Below, piece by piece: positions 12,583 through 25,361 of a DNA stretch of 64,000 nucleotides (the first letter of the stretch is position 1; each line of letters begins with the position of its first letter). A program made the translations under genes and the position numbers. The stretch covers positions 2,604,001 through 2,668,000 of the forward strand of contig JAQFVV010000003.1 of assembly GCA_028023455.1 (NCBI GenBank), read 5' to 3'. The notes under the pieces were generated by a model. That model was not told the DNA's origin. It saw only the letters and a list, made by a program, of their open reading frames with translations, and searched no databases. The DNA is from Epiperipatus broadwayi (lineage: Eukaryota; Animalia; Onychophora).

Positions 12583-14582
12583 TATTAGATGAATAGGCAC
12601 TAGATAGGGATTTTATGCACAAGCTTTCTGAAATCCATTGATTACTCTGGCTTGCACTGAATGGCACTACTTTATGGAGAGTTTTTCCTGTTTTAATAAT
12701 AGCTATGAGTGAGCATAAGAAATGATGATGATGTGATGTTTAGTGCTTTAATGCCAATTCTTTCTAATAGAATACTGGTGGTTATGGTTATTAAAGAACC
12801 AAAAACATCAAAATGTATGGGTACTGAACTGAGTTCAGACCTATATGACTATATAAGCTAATGAGCTTAGATTGAAAATATTATTGTGTTTTCAATTTTA
12901 GACTCATAGTTATGTGGAGATAAAAGGTGGCTGCTGGAGGGTTGCATTAGATTTTAAGATCTAGGTGCAGTGCTCTTAGAACCAAAGCTCCTCACTAACA
13001 AAAGCCACAAGCTAAAAATTAGTCTAAAGATATTGGTAGAGTAGGCACTAAATAGGGATTTTATGCACAGACCTTCAGGTATCCATTGATACTCTAGCTT
13101 GCACTGAGTAGCACTACTGTATGAAGAGTTTTTGCCAGTTTTAATAACAGTTATGAGCAAGCATAAGAAATTGTGATCACGTGATATTTAGTGGTTTAAT
13201 ACCAATCCTGCCTAATAGGATAGTGGTGGCTATAATTATTAAAGAACCAAAAACACCAAAATGTATGGATACTGAACTGAGTTCAGATCTATATGATAAG
13301 CTTGGATTGAAAATATTATTTTTTCAATTTTAAGCTCATAGTTTTGAAGTTAAGTAGAGGTAAAAAGTGGCTGCTGGAGGGTTGTATTAGACCCTAAGAT
13401 CTAGGTGCAGTGCTCTAAAGTCCAAAGCTTCTTACTGATAAAAACTTGTCTAGAAATATTGGATGAGTAGACAATAGATAGGGATTTTATTCACAAGCCT
13501 TCTGGCATTCACTGAGTGGCACTATGGTATGGAGAGTTTTTCCTGTTTTAATAACATCAGACTACTAATATTAAGAACAATATAGCTGAAAATAAAAAGA
13601 TAGATCAAATAATATTAGGTCATAAATGTAGACATCAATCACTGAGAAAAAAAAAGTCAAGTGATGGTAACTAATATGATGGTCAAGTACTAAGAAGGAA
13701 AAAAGAGATGTTAAACTACTAAAGTGATTAGCATGTTCAAAAAGAAAATTAAATGATTTTAATGTCAGTAATTAGAGACAGATTTTAACAATAATTTAAT
13801 TATCTGAAGTTTCTAACATTTTGTTTTTAATTTTTTTAGAAAATCAATTAAGAAATCTTTTGTTCAATGCCAAACAATCTTTTCATTGATTCAAACTTTT
13901 CAAGATAGTAATTTTCCTTTTATAAATATGGCTGAAATGTGAGAGATGAAAAATAAAAAGTTTAATTTTCCAAGCAATAAAAACATTGTTTAGTTTAAGA
14001 TAGACACTAGTGAAAGCTGTATTATAAGTCAATCTTTTTTTTTTTTACAATGAGTGCACTGATAATTATCTGATGAATCTAGAAACATCATTTTCTTTCC
14101 AAGAAATAAATAAGTAAATATCTATTTACTAACCATTGTTGGAATGATTACCTAAAAAAAAATACTGATATTTTAGTGAATATTCTTGGCTGTCTGAAAA
14201 GTCAACTCAGAATTTGAGCCTTAAACTATGGGCATAAAATATCAATTGCCATGAGAATTTTTTTTCCCAAAATTAATGATTTTCTATTTTATTTTTCTGA
14301 ATGTTAATATCTCTAATTAATCATGGCTACGCACTGTGTGCTTTAGTGTAGTTTTCAGACTCTGAATTATAACATAGACTGATCCAATTCTGTTATTTCT
14401 GATGCTTGAAGTTCTTATGACCTCCCAAGCAATAAACTCATTTGATTTTTTTTACTTATGGTTATATACTTTCATCCTCTTTTGCCTACATTTTTGATCT
14501 TATTTCTCATGTAAAATATAATTCAGAGAATAAATTTAATTTTTAAATAAAAGTATCAAATAGTAATAAACTATTATATGAT

Positions 14583-17500
14583 TTATAAAATAATAAATAT
14601 AATTAACTTGGTTCTTTATCATAGTTCAGCATCAACTATTCTATTGGGCGATTTTAATCTTCCTTATCACACATTTGACAGAAAATATTTACATTTAATT
14701 ATCCACGTGTTCACACATAGGTTACGACGAGTGCTTAATCCAACCAGATAAGAAAAATCTGGTCTAGTCCATTTCTGAAGGCAAGGTCAGATATGACAGT
14801 ATCTTTCTACACAAAACAGTATTCTTCACTTATAGATTTGATTTATTACTCTCCTGACATACATTTCAAGATTGAAACATCTCTAAAACATGTTTTTTTC
14901 TCTGATCACCTAGCTTTAAAAATTTTGCTTTGCATAAATGGGCCAATTAATATTATTGATGGTCTTCCAAGAACATCAAGACTAATTAATAAATTTACAA
15001 CTCCCGAGGCTGTCTTTTCTGAGGCCTACATTTATTTTCACAAGGCAAATATCCTATCTCGGCCACCGATTGATGCCTGGTTTACTTTTACTGAAATTCT
15101 AAGAGCCATAACCAATTATTTTTGTAGAAAACAAAATGGACCATGTAAAATGCTAAAAGAAATGGATTCTCTGTCTGCCATAATGAATTCAATGCCCTCT
15201 ACGACACTTAATATTAATAAAATACTTCAAATTAAAATTAAATATAAAGAATTACAAATGGCACTAGCTGAAAATATTTCTATTAAGAGATCTAAAGTTT
15301 TTCTAGCCAGTAGACATGCCTGGACTAAAAGTTATATTCGTTGGGCATTAGGATCAAAACCAAAACTTATTACACCTTTATCCATTTTAGACAATGGAGC
15401 CAATTATGTTGGTTCTTCAATGCTAATGATTATTAGGAATTTCTTCTTCAATAAACTTTGTACAACATCCGGCAATCAAATTAGAACCATATTCAACAAT
15501 AGTCAAAAAAATGATCATGAAATAACTGAGCAATTAATTTTAAACAAATTAAATTCACTTCCTGAAAAAACACATCCTGGCTCTCATGGCCTCCCAAAAT
15601 TTGTACTATCACATTTGGCTCACTTTACTGTTCCAATTATAAAAGGTGTCATTGACGTCATAGCCTCAAGTTGTCAAGACATACCTGGCCTCTACCCTAT
15701 TTCATTGGTGCCTTTTTTAAAAAAGAAAGGTCTTCCCTCTATTACATCAAATATAAGACCTATCTCTATGACTCCTCTTCTTATTAAAATCATAGAAGGG
15801 CTGATTAAAGACAAGATTCAACAAAACATTTTAGATAATATTTCTTCTACTCAATATGCAAAGAAAGGTTCATCCACAATGCATGCAATTTGCCTTTTCA
15901 AAATTTTAACAGAATACATTAGAATTAAGAGAAAATCAAAGCCAATAGCTGTACAACTAGATATTATAGCAGCATTTGATTCAGTAAGAATTGAAATATT
16001 AATGAAAACACTACAACAATATGGAATTCCCTCCATCTATCTTACTATGATAGAGAATCTTCTATTTAATAGAGAAATTTTCATTACACTCAATGGTAGA
16101 ATTGCACCTGGCTTTAAACCATCAATTTCTATTCCTCAGGGCTCACCCTTGAGTGCACTTTTATTCATTGCTTATATTAACCCCCTTCTCATAGAAATGG
16201 AAACAAAACTTCCTGGAGTTTTTGTTCCTTTTCTAAACAAAGAAATAAAACATCTTGAATATATGGATGATATTGTTGTAATGCTGCCATCAGCTAAACA
16301 CCTACCAGAACTTGAACAAATCCTTAAAAAGTTTTCATCGGAATACAAATTAAATTTTAATCTAGAGAAATCTGCAGTTTGGAAATTTCATTCAGGAAAA
16401 AATGTCCCTGCGTGTTTCTCATTAAAACCTCAACCTTTTTTAGGTATACCACTGTACCTTTCACCAAACAAAATGAGAAAAATGTTACAAGACAAACTGA
16501 TTATATCAACAAAAAAAATAATAGATTCTCTAAAAAGCATTTACTTATCTTTATATGATAAAGTTCTCTTACTAAATTCTCTTGTTTTCAGCAGAATTAA
16601 TTATTATTTACCGATTTTAAACCCTACTAAAAAATTTACTTCGCAAATTAACTCATTGTGCTCTGGCCTCCTTTGGAAAAAAAAAAAGTGGTCTGTATCA
16701 GTATACGTAAAATGCAAAATCCAAAAATACTTAATGGCCTAGGTTTACTTTCAATTAATACATTATTAATTAAAAATATAGTTAATTTATTCTACTATAT
16801 CAAGATTGAATTCAATTACCAAAACATTATTGACACAATCATTCCCACAGATACGCCTCCCCGAATATTAAAAAAAATTGGCTACAACTTCTCATCTCAC
16901 TTATTGATAAACAAATGGATTTAAATGAAATTCTTTTTAATAATAAGCACACATATTGGGACACGTTTAAAATGATAAATCCTCAGCTGATATGCCCTCC
17001 TAGTTATCTTGAAGTGACTAATATCAATCTTTTTAATAAAATGAGAAAATGGTATTTAATGCCTAAATATATTGATTTTATCATTAAAATAAATCTATCT
17101 TCACTTCCTACCAACGATTTCCTTGTTTCAAATAGAGGATTTAAAAGGATTGATTCCTTATGTATTTTGTGTAAAAAAAGATAGTGAAACATTTGATCAT
17201 ATTCTTGTTTCTTGCTCGGGACTAAGAGAAGCAAAATATATAATTCAAAATTATTTCAATAATTACAATCCAGAACTCTTTGATATCATTCATAATATTA
17301 AAATGGGTAATTTCTGCAATATCAGAAGATGCATATTTATTTACCATGTAATATGGTTACTTAGATGTCATATAGTTATAACCAATTCTCCATTGGACTC
17401 ACAACTTTTTATTAGAGATACATTTAATTCTATTCGAAAAAAAGATAAGCTTCTTGCACCCAAAGAAATCTATCTATCCACATGGACTGGTTCTTAGTAC

Positions 17501-17620
17501 AAGAAATTCAGGAAGTTATTAGTAAAAATGTAAATTTATACTAGATTTTTTTTGTTGTCTAGAGAAATTCATTTGTAACACTTTATATAAAATAAAGTCT
17601 ATATTTTTTTAGAAAAAAAA
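14583..17620 (+). mobile_element. 5'-truncated L1/Tx1-type LINE (APE remnant, RT, C-terminal CCHC knuckle) with TSD
   Basis: LLGDFN at 14641-14658 and SDH (APE). RT in ORF 14793-16742. CILCKKDSETFDHILVSC knuckle spans a frameshift at ~17180. AATAAA and a short A-tail at ~17613-17620. Direct repeat aaactattatatgat at 14568-14582 and 17618-17632. Confidence 0.93.
14793..16742 (+). CDS. LINE ORF2 (APE C-terminus plus reverse transcriptase). Continues through frameshifts to 17497, probably a pseudogene.
   Basis: Motifs NIRPISM, LDIIAAFDSV, IPQGSPLSALLF, HLEYMDD, FLGI. Downstream frames 16658-16924, 16915-17184 and 17123-17497. Confidence 0.9.
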   Translation: MTVSFYTKQYSSLIDLIYYSPDIHFKIETSLKHVFFSDHLALKILLCINGPINIIDGLPRTSRLINKFTTPEAVFSEAYIYFHKANILSRPPIDAWFTFTEILRAITNYFCRKQNGPCKMLKEMDSLSAIMNSMPSTTLNINKILQIKIKYKELQMALAENISIKRSKVFLASRHAWTKSYIRWALGSKPKLITPLSILDNGANYVGSSMLMIIRNFFFNKLCTTSGNQIRTIFNNSQKNDHEITEQLILNKLNSLPEKTHPGSHGLPKFVLSHLAHFTVPIIKGVIDVIASSCQDIPGLYPISLVPFLKKKGLPSITSNIRPISMTPLLIKIIEGLIKDKIQQNILDNISSTQYAKKGSSTMHAICLFKILTEYIRIKRKSKPIAVQLDIIAAFDSVRIEILMKTLQQYGIPSIYLTMIENLLFNREIFITLNGRIAPGFKPSISIPQGSPLSALLFIAYINPLLIEMETKLPGVFVPFLNKEIKHLEYMDDIVVMLPSAKHLPELEQILKKFSSEYKLNFNLEKSAVWKFHSGKNVPACFSLKPQPFLGIPLYLSPNKMRKMLQDKLIISTKKIIDSLKSIYLSLYDKVLLLNSLVFSRINYYLPILNPTKKFTSQINSLCSGLLWKKKKWSVSVYVKCKIQKYLMA

Positions 17621-19887
17621 CTATTATATGATGATCAGATGTATAGCCTGATGGTAAAAAAAATATTTTAGGTCTTTGAAGGGACTCTAAAGAAGAATTC
17701 ATTTTATGGTGAGCTTCTTTTTTATTTTTGTATATATTTTATTTTTAAGTCATAGCTATAAATTTCACTTTTTGTTGTATGTAAAAATAGTGAAAAATTT
17801 AGGGTATTGTGTAATATAAATAGGCAGTAATAATTAGGAAAAAAAACATGTCTATCTCAAACCTGCAATTTATAACAGCAACAAGTTACCTAATTTGTAG
17901 AATAAACATACAATAGTCAAAATTAGATCATATCACAAGTAAGAGAAAGTAAAAAAAAAATTCTATTCTTTCAAGCAATGTTAGGGCTTTTTCAATGTAT
18001 TTAATTATTTATATTTATAAAGTAAAATAAAAATAATTGGAATGATAAATTCTTCTGCAATTATGTTCTTATTTTGAGGTTTGAAAGTAACAGGTTGAAC
18101 TTCAATCCAGAAATTTAACTTTTGCATCAATCACTATATTACTGTGCTAACTGCACAAAACAAATGAAATAACTGAATTATAAACAGCAAAAGTACAGAC
18201 TGAATGTTGGCTTAAAAATATTTAGCTTTTAAATTCATCACTCTACCATTATTGACATAAATCTTGTAAAGCAAAATTTTAATTATGTGGAAAGTCATGT
18301 GCCATTTTAGTACCAGATATTATAGATTGAGTTTCAACCAGAAATTATTTAGCTTCTGGATTGACCTCTAAAGCACTGCACTAAAATATACAGGGACTAA
18401 GTATTAAAACACAGTACATAAATAAAATATGACTGTAACATCGTTAAAGCACCATATAAGTAATTACAATCGCATAATGATTAAATAAGCTATCATATAA
18501 AGAAAATCCAATATTCTTTAATTATAAATGAATAAAGGGTGGTAATGGCTAATTAGTAATATCCCACCTAGCTCTCTAATAAAAACATTGAATTTATTAA
18601 TATGAACTAATGATATCAAAACTAATTTAGTACCATATTACATGTCATGGTTATTAAAAACTAATAACTACTCAATCAACTCTTCTCTAGCTTATTTTAA
18701 TTGATTCTAGAGATTGCTTTCTTTCAATTTTAGCAACACAATATAATCAATAAATAAAATCAATAGGCACAAAATATTTTATTCATCCAGTAAAAATTTA
18801 ATTACAGAGCCATTTAATGCCCAATACTTTCAATGTAACTGTTAGAAGAGGTGTATTGTAATCATCTAATTATTATTGGTTTTAATTAATAATTGTTATG
18901 ACTACACTAATGTGTATCTCACTTTGAATATTTTTCCTGGTCACATTAACTATAAAGAAAACAATGATTATTTCAATAAAATGGAGTATTATTACCATTA
19001 GCAATAGTATTGGCAGTATTATCAAATTCATCTCCTTTTATTGGTTGTCAATTCTTTTACAAATTTTTTTATTAAAAATTAGAAGGCACTGCATCATTAA
19101 AAAAATGTATAGCAAACTATGAAACAAATTAAATTTGCCATTAATTCAAGATATAGTTTCACTACTTAATACAGATTTATTTCTTTTTGAATATTCAAGC
19201 AAGAAAGAAATCTTTTGAACGTCTATAGAATTAGGGTACAGTAAGTTTTGAGTTTTTTGCAATTGCCCCAAATAAATTTATTTTTCAGTTTCAAAAATAA
19301 AACTAGTTGAGTTTGATTTTCCTAGATGATTCTATAATCTTATCTACAGATTAGAATCACTCCAGGTCATTGTTATCTGCTTAGGTTTAAAAATTAAAAG
19401 ACATTTGATTTATATATTTTGGGGCAAACACAAAAAGTGAACCATTTAATTAATGACTGTCTAATGTATGGATAAAATGACAAAATAAAAAGCCTTTATA
19501 AAGTCTTTAGAATCTCTGTTTGGAATTTATATAAATTTCTCAATTGTGTTTGCAAATAATTTACTTTCTTAAAAAAAGAAATCCATATCTAATAAATAAA
19601 CACAGATTGGAAATTAATTTTAAAGATAATAGTAGAAGCTTCAGAAAATATAAGGAGCTTTCGTCTTATATTGTATGTCTATAACAAATGACCAGCATTT
19701 AAAAAATCATAATAAAAGATATAAAAAAAATTCAAATATATGATATTAAAACTAAAAGCAGGCATTATTTGTTCAAGATATAAAATACTGCTTGATTTCT
19801 TGTAAAGGTGGATATTAAATTAAGTAAAATACATTATGGATAAAACTGCATTGTTTTGAGCTTTTCTTTTTGGTTAAAAGTTATGAT

Positions 19888-19905
19888 CAGGGCCAGATTT
19901 AAAGG
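19888..19905 (+). mobile_element. Possible orphan hAT-type terminus
   Basis: CAGGGCCAGATTT resembles the hAT terminal repeat at 39963 (CAGAGGCGGATT). No partner end found. Confidence 0.2.
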
Positions 19906-21049
19906 TATAGACTTAAGTCATATAAGAAATCTCTTCTGAAATATCACTTATTTTAACAAATAAAATTCCCAAAGTACTTATTTTTGCAAATAGAGAGTGA
20001 AATCTAATCCATATCTGTTTACTAGTATAATAAAATAAAACATCATATGATTTTCTCATCTTATTTTGAATACATACATAGCTTATGTAATCAATGGATT
20101 CTAGATAACAGAGCCCAAATACACAAACTTGTTTTTGAATATACATCTTCATCAGTGATGAGCATTAAACATGAACATTACTCATCTTAGCTTGAATTCA
20201 AAACTGTAACATTTTTTTAATATTCATCATTAAATTTGGTATTATGAATGTGTGCATTCAAATCCAATGCCTTTTATTGAAAAATATTAATTATCAAAAA
20301 TTAATCTGACTGATTTTCACTAGCATCTAATGCAATTGATTAATCAATCTTACAATAGATGTTTGGACTATAATAATAGAATATATTAGTGTTCCTAATG
20401 TGGAAGACAATTCTGTTATAAAATTTACATTTTGACTTTTGCATTAAGCACAAATACTTATAATAAAGTTATGTTATTTTGGATATAGTAAGATCCAATT
20501 TATTGCAAACATGGATTATAAAAGAGATGTGGATAATCATTTACAAAGTGGATGAAATCATTTTGTCATTAAAATGGATCTAAAGATCCAAGTAAAAAGT
20601 AGAAAATTATACAGATATAAAAATGATTAGTCATCAGAATTCAAAAGAGACTTGACATTATAGTAGAGTGTGAGAGAATGGACATAGATTTTTTTTAACA
20701 ATTTTTCAAATAAGATCAGATATCAAGTGACAGTGATGTTACATGCTACCCCTGCTAAGCTTTTATTTTTAAAAAAAAACATTATACAATTCTTCTAGAT
20801 TGCATTTCATATTAATATTTACAGCAACAATATACAAGATCATTTTGGTAAATCCAGTAATGTAAAACTAAAATTGTTAGAGTCCATTGATTGTTAACAT
20901 TTACATAAATAGATCTAAAATGAATTGGTAATGTGAACATTATTGCTTTAATGCATGAGATGGCATTATGGTTTTACCTCATCATTTGATACTAAAATAG
21001 AACAATAATATCATCATCATTTTTATTTATTATTAATGTATTTTAGGAT

Positions 21050-21300
21050 AAAGACATTCTTGAAGTTTTTAACATTTACTTGATCATTTTTGGTTTTCCC
21101 TTTAACCCCCACAGCATGTCCAATATACCTTCATTTCACTTTTTTAATTGTCTTAATAATATATCTTGATATCTGTTAATTCCTTCCCTTTCTGATTAAT
21201 TCTAACAAATATATTTCCATAATTTGCTGTCTCTTCAGCAGTCTTTGCATTATTCTGCTTTAAAACATTCTTCCAATTTCCAGATCCATAAGTCAATCAT
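21050..21300 (-). mobile_element. Decayed RTE-type LINE 3' fragment
   Basis: Minus strand gives YGSGNW (compare YGSETW) and a K.W.YIGHAV-like segment typical of the RTE ORF C-terminus, with stops and frameshifts. Confidence 0.5.
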
Positions 21301-21783
21301 ATAATAAGTTAATGCTTTTAATTATTAGGCAATTGGTGAGAATAGCAATACTTTAACAGCTTTTGATAAAAAATAGGTTAGTTTGTTTGTTTTTTAATGA
21401 TGTAAAATATAGCTTTATATGGAACAGAATCACAAAAAATTATTAAAAGCAAAAAAAAAAAAAAGATTAGAAAGTTTTCAAATGAGACTTTGATGGAAAA
21501 TAAGTAAAAGAAATCGAAGTATATGTTAGCAATATTGAAATGATGCAAAATTTATTTTAAAAAAATGTGAACTAAAGAGTTAATGATTGAGAGTAAGAGA
21601 AAGTTATGCAAAACAAAAGAACTTGATTATTTTATATATTTATTATATGATTAGTTAAGTGTTGTGATTGTTTAAGTGACAGTCTGAATGCTATAGTTTT
21701 GCTATTAATTGATAACCGAGTGATAAGAGTATCAGACATCAGATTTCAGTATGAGAAGGTTTAAAAAATAACATAAAAGTTTT

Positions 21784-21893
21784 TGTAAATATAGAGAATT
21801 TGAACTCAGACTTTCAAGTATACTTCAACTATCCACACTATCTCATACTACCGATACCCATGACCACACACATGCAGAAAAGGTAAATAATCA
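21784..21893 (-). repeat. Family A fragment without the HHR core
   Basis: gaatttgaactcagactttcaag...actatccacactatctcatac...gatacccatgaccacacacatgcagaaaaggtaaataatca matches 5710-5818. Confidence 0.9.
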
Positions 21894-23989
21894 GCTTTTG
21901 CTAAAATAATGTGCGGAATCTATCTTTTAGCAGATAATGAACGAGAATGATAAGTGGTAATAGCTTGCGAAGCTTTTCGCAGTAGTATAGTGGAGTTAAA
22001 AGTCTCTAAATCAAAGCTTAATTCTTTAATGCTTGATTTATCACATGACCTACCAAGAGTTTGATCATTTGATAATTATTATAGTGATAATGAAGATGAT
22101 AATAATAATTAGAATGACATTAAACATAATTACAACAACAATCTAACAATAAAATATGATACTTATATCGATAAAAACTGTAATAATATTGATAAGTACA
22201 GTAATTAAAATTATAATATCGATAAAAATTGTAATGATATTGATGAATACAATAATAAAAATTATAATACTAATAATTAAATTAACCAAATAATCACTTA
22301 AATATACAGTTAATGATAGGATAAAGACTAGAAAATCAGAAGTATAATACCAATTCTAAAGTATACATTTATTTTAACTGTAATATAATAAAAAAAATAC
22401 TTTTTTCTCAACAGGAAAAAAAACAGAATAAGCTTTTTTTCACTTTTATATGCTAACAGAAAAACTTACTTGGATAGTTAGTTAAACGCCTATTCCCGAA
22501 AATTAAGATGAGGGAAAAGTGGGAATGGGTTTTATTTTAACAAAAAGCGCAGTAAAAAATTGATTTTCTTTTTTCCGCCTATTATGTAACGAGATATAGG
22601 ACAGAAAATTCCAGTAATAAATACAAAGAACGTTTTAACCCTGTTTAACAAAGTATTTTTGAGGAGGAAAAGTTTTGTTGGTGAAAGAACAAATAAAATG
22701 ATGATCAATTAATACTTAGATGAAATAAATTTCATAACAGATTTAAAACTTCTCTAATAGGGCGGCTGTGAGATGCACTGACTCAATGGCAGAGCATGTT
22801 CTAAAAATATAAATAAATGGATTAGTGACTTTTTTTTAATATATTATTTTTTAAATTATTTCCAACCCACATTTGAAATTTTGAAAAAATATAATGATTT
22901 AATTCTGCATCTAAGAATAAAAAAGAACTAACTATATAAACGAATGCTTTTGACAAGATTATTAAAATACTGCATTTAAAAAAGAAATGGTTTTAATTAA
23001 TATAATTTTCCAGTTTCACTTCTAGTTAGGAAAGATGTGGTTTGGATATGAAATATAGAAAACATTGCAAATAATGCAAAACATGGAAAAATATGTTGGA
23101 AATAACAAAGGGGATTGAAATAAATTAATGAATTCAAATCCAAATTAGCACCACATTAGTAAAAAGTGATACTAATTCTTGACATGAAATTCCATTTGAA
23201 ATAAAATTCTGAGTTCAAAATTTTGTTGTTTTTTTTTTAAGATAGCAGACAGTGTGTGCTATTTTATAATTGTTTATTAAAAACTAATGAGTATTCTATA
23301 CACATATTTATAAACATATTTTTTTACTTCATCTCTACATATGTGGTTGCTTATTGTTAATATCTATAACCCAAACAAATTTATTTATTTATTTTGCTAA
23401 ACAAAATTATTTTTGACAGCTTAACTATTAATAGATTATTGTAAAAGAGCCTGCAGAGAGATTCCAAACAAGAAATAGATTCACCAGTAACTTTATTAAG
23501 TCCATTTTTCCACCGCATCTATAGATTTGGGAGTCATTAGATATTTGGTTCATAGTTTGCGTTTGCCCATATTTATATAAATTAATGACTGATAAATTTC
23601 ATTCATAAAGCAGATGATCAAAATGGTCACAGGCTGTCCTGAATCTGTTGTTAAGAATCCAGTTGCATCTAGGAAGATCAAATTCATATAGCTATATTAT
23701 TGGATATGGAAAAAAAAAATTGTTTGGAACATAAGAATTCCATTTTTTTTTCACAATTTTTCAATTGTAGATTTTAGTTGAACAGTTAAAAAGAGTATTT
23801 TGATTTTAAATAAATCTTAGGTAGTGTAACTACATTTTGAATTATTGTACAATCCAATCTGCTTTAATAGATTTTTATGCATAATTTATGAAACAACTTC
23901 TGATATTTTAAAATAGGAAGCCATTGCAAAGAATAGACTTGATTATATACATAATAATTTTTATACTAGTAAATAATTGAATATCCAAA

Positions 23990-24310
23990 AATTTAGTCTG
24001 GAAACTTTTTCTCCAAACAGGGGCATATTATTGATCAACATAATAAGCTAGGCTAAAAATTTGCATCACAAGCTCAAGAAATACTAAATAGCTTTCCAAG
24101 GAGATTATTACTGGAAATTAATTTTGACCTAACATTAGCTAAATGAGAAAAATTAGTTACATTATGATCTAAGGTTACTCCTAAATAGCATGGAATAGAA
24201 TTGTGTTTCAGAGTATTACTGCAGACAGTTATATTCAGATTATGATATGATTTTCTACTGTTTAAATGAAAGTTTGAGTATATTATCTCCATTGATTAGA
24301 AATAAGACCC
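23990..24310 (-). mobile_element. Non-LTR retrotransposon fragment (post-RT region)
   Basis: ORF 24074-24292 contains PCYLGVTLDH...SNNLLGKL, followed out of frame by YAPVW, motifs typical of LINE RT C-termini. Confidence 0.65.
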
Positions 24311-25310
24311 CAGTCTTTGAAAAAGATTTCCAGTTTTTTAATATCCTTGCTGGGGGACTTTTCTACTTTAAGTAAAGGAGCTCTTTTGCAAAATCAAAGC
24401 AATAGCAGCAGCTTAAATTAATTTCTTGCATTTTAAAAAAATTACTGATGAATATATTAAATAATGTAAATAAGAGAACTGAACTTTATGGAAAACTATT
24501 TCATAGAATTTTGTATCTATCATTTAGTGTCACTTGAATTTTTCTATTGGAGAGTGTTTTGCAAATAAATTATGAATTTCCAAATAAAATCATGAGCTAA
24601 GGTTAGATCAATAAAGATTATACTAGTTTCTTAAAGATTAAACTTGTTCATAGCAGCATCTTTCTGAAAAAAATTAGCATTTTTCTGTAGAGAAACAACA
24701 ATGAAAATGTCCGTATTTACTAGGCTAGTGAAATACTGAATGATGAGGATTTTATTGTTTTCTTCTTTTATCCTCTAACTAAGAATATGTAGATATTAAA
24801 TTTATTAAGGAATAACTGTGTAAATAGTTAAATTGCTCATAGTCTGTCTTGAGTTATAAAAATCTTCCCCTTAATTACTAAAGAGAGTGAAATAAAAATT
24901 TAGCTGTTAAGCATTGTTGACTGTGCATATTTAGGAACTTAGCTTTCTCAGATATTCATTATATCATGGCTAAGTGAGTTCTAGACTTTCATGTCTAAAC
25001 AAAAAAGTGTTAATTAAAACCATTGTCTTTATTTTTTTAATATTTTCTTATATAAATATAAACGAAAATATAATTACTTATCTAGATCACTGCTTTTAAT
25101 ATTTCAATTAGATGATTGGTTGTCATCAGAAAATATAGCAATAATTCTGCTTTGTTTTTTTTTATTTCCTTTAGTTAAATTATATATTTCCTCTTGTTTT
25201 CATAAATATTAAATCAATCATATAATTTATTTTAAACCTAATTTAAATTGATTGATATTATTTATTGACATGTCTGAGAGATTTTTTAATTCATACATGG
25301 CCAATTCCAA

Positions 25311-25315
<5 letters not shown>

Positions 25316-25356
<41 letters not shown>
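25316..25356. repeat. (TA)n microsatellite
   Basis: Perfect TA run. Other TA runs occur at ~30696-30750, 54437-54460 and 56135-56168, and (CT)n at ~36507-36529. Confidence 0.95.

Positions 25357-25361
<5 letters not shown>

Larger units (their letters stand above)
12290..13555 (+). repeat. Family B: non-coding ~440-450-bp tandem repeat with a hammerhead motif, preceded by an inverted partial copy
   Basis: agatctaggtgcagtgctc recurs at ~12509, 12957 and 13397 (periods ~448 and 440). The third unit is truncated and internally deleted. 12290-12500 is the reverse complement of part of the unit. Confidence 0.9.

Noticed and set aside
12290-13555. CRISPR-like interpretation of the tandem repeats
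   Set aside because: Whole ~440-480-bp units are homologous with no unique spacers, the context is eukaryotic, and there are no cas genes.
14070-14092. CUGAUGA-AUCUA-GAAA
   Set aside because: No room for helix II and no helix I.
21200-21245. Minus-strand CUGAAGA...GAAA-UAUA-UU
   Set aside because: Helices I and II do not pair, and it lies inside RTE coding remnants.
21966-21990. Hairpin tgcgaagcttttcgca, possibly a Helitron 3' end
   Set aside because: No CTRR terminus at the expected distance and no other Helitron evidence.
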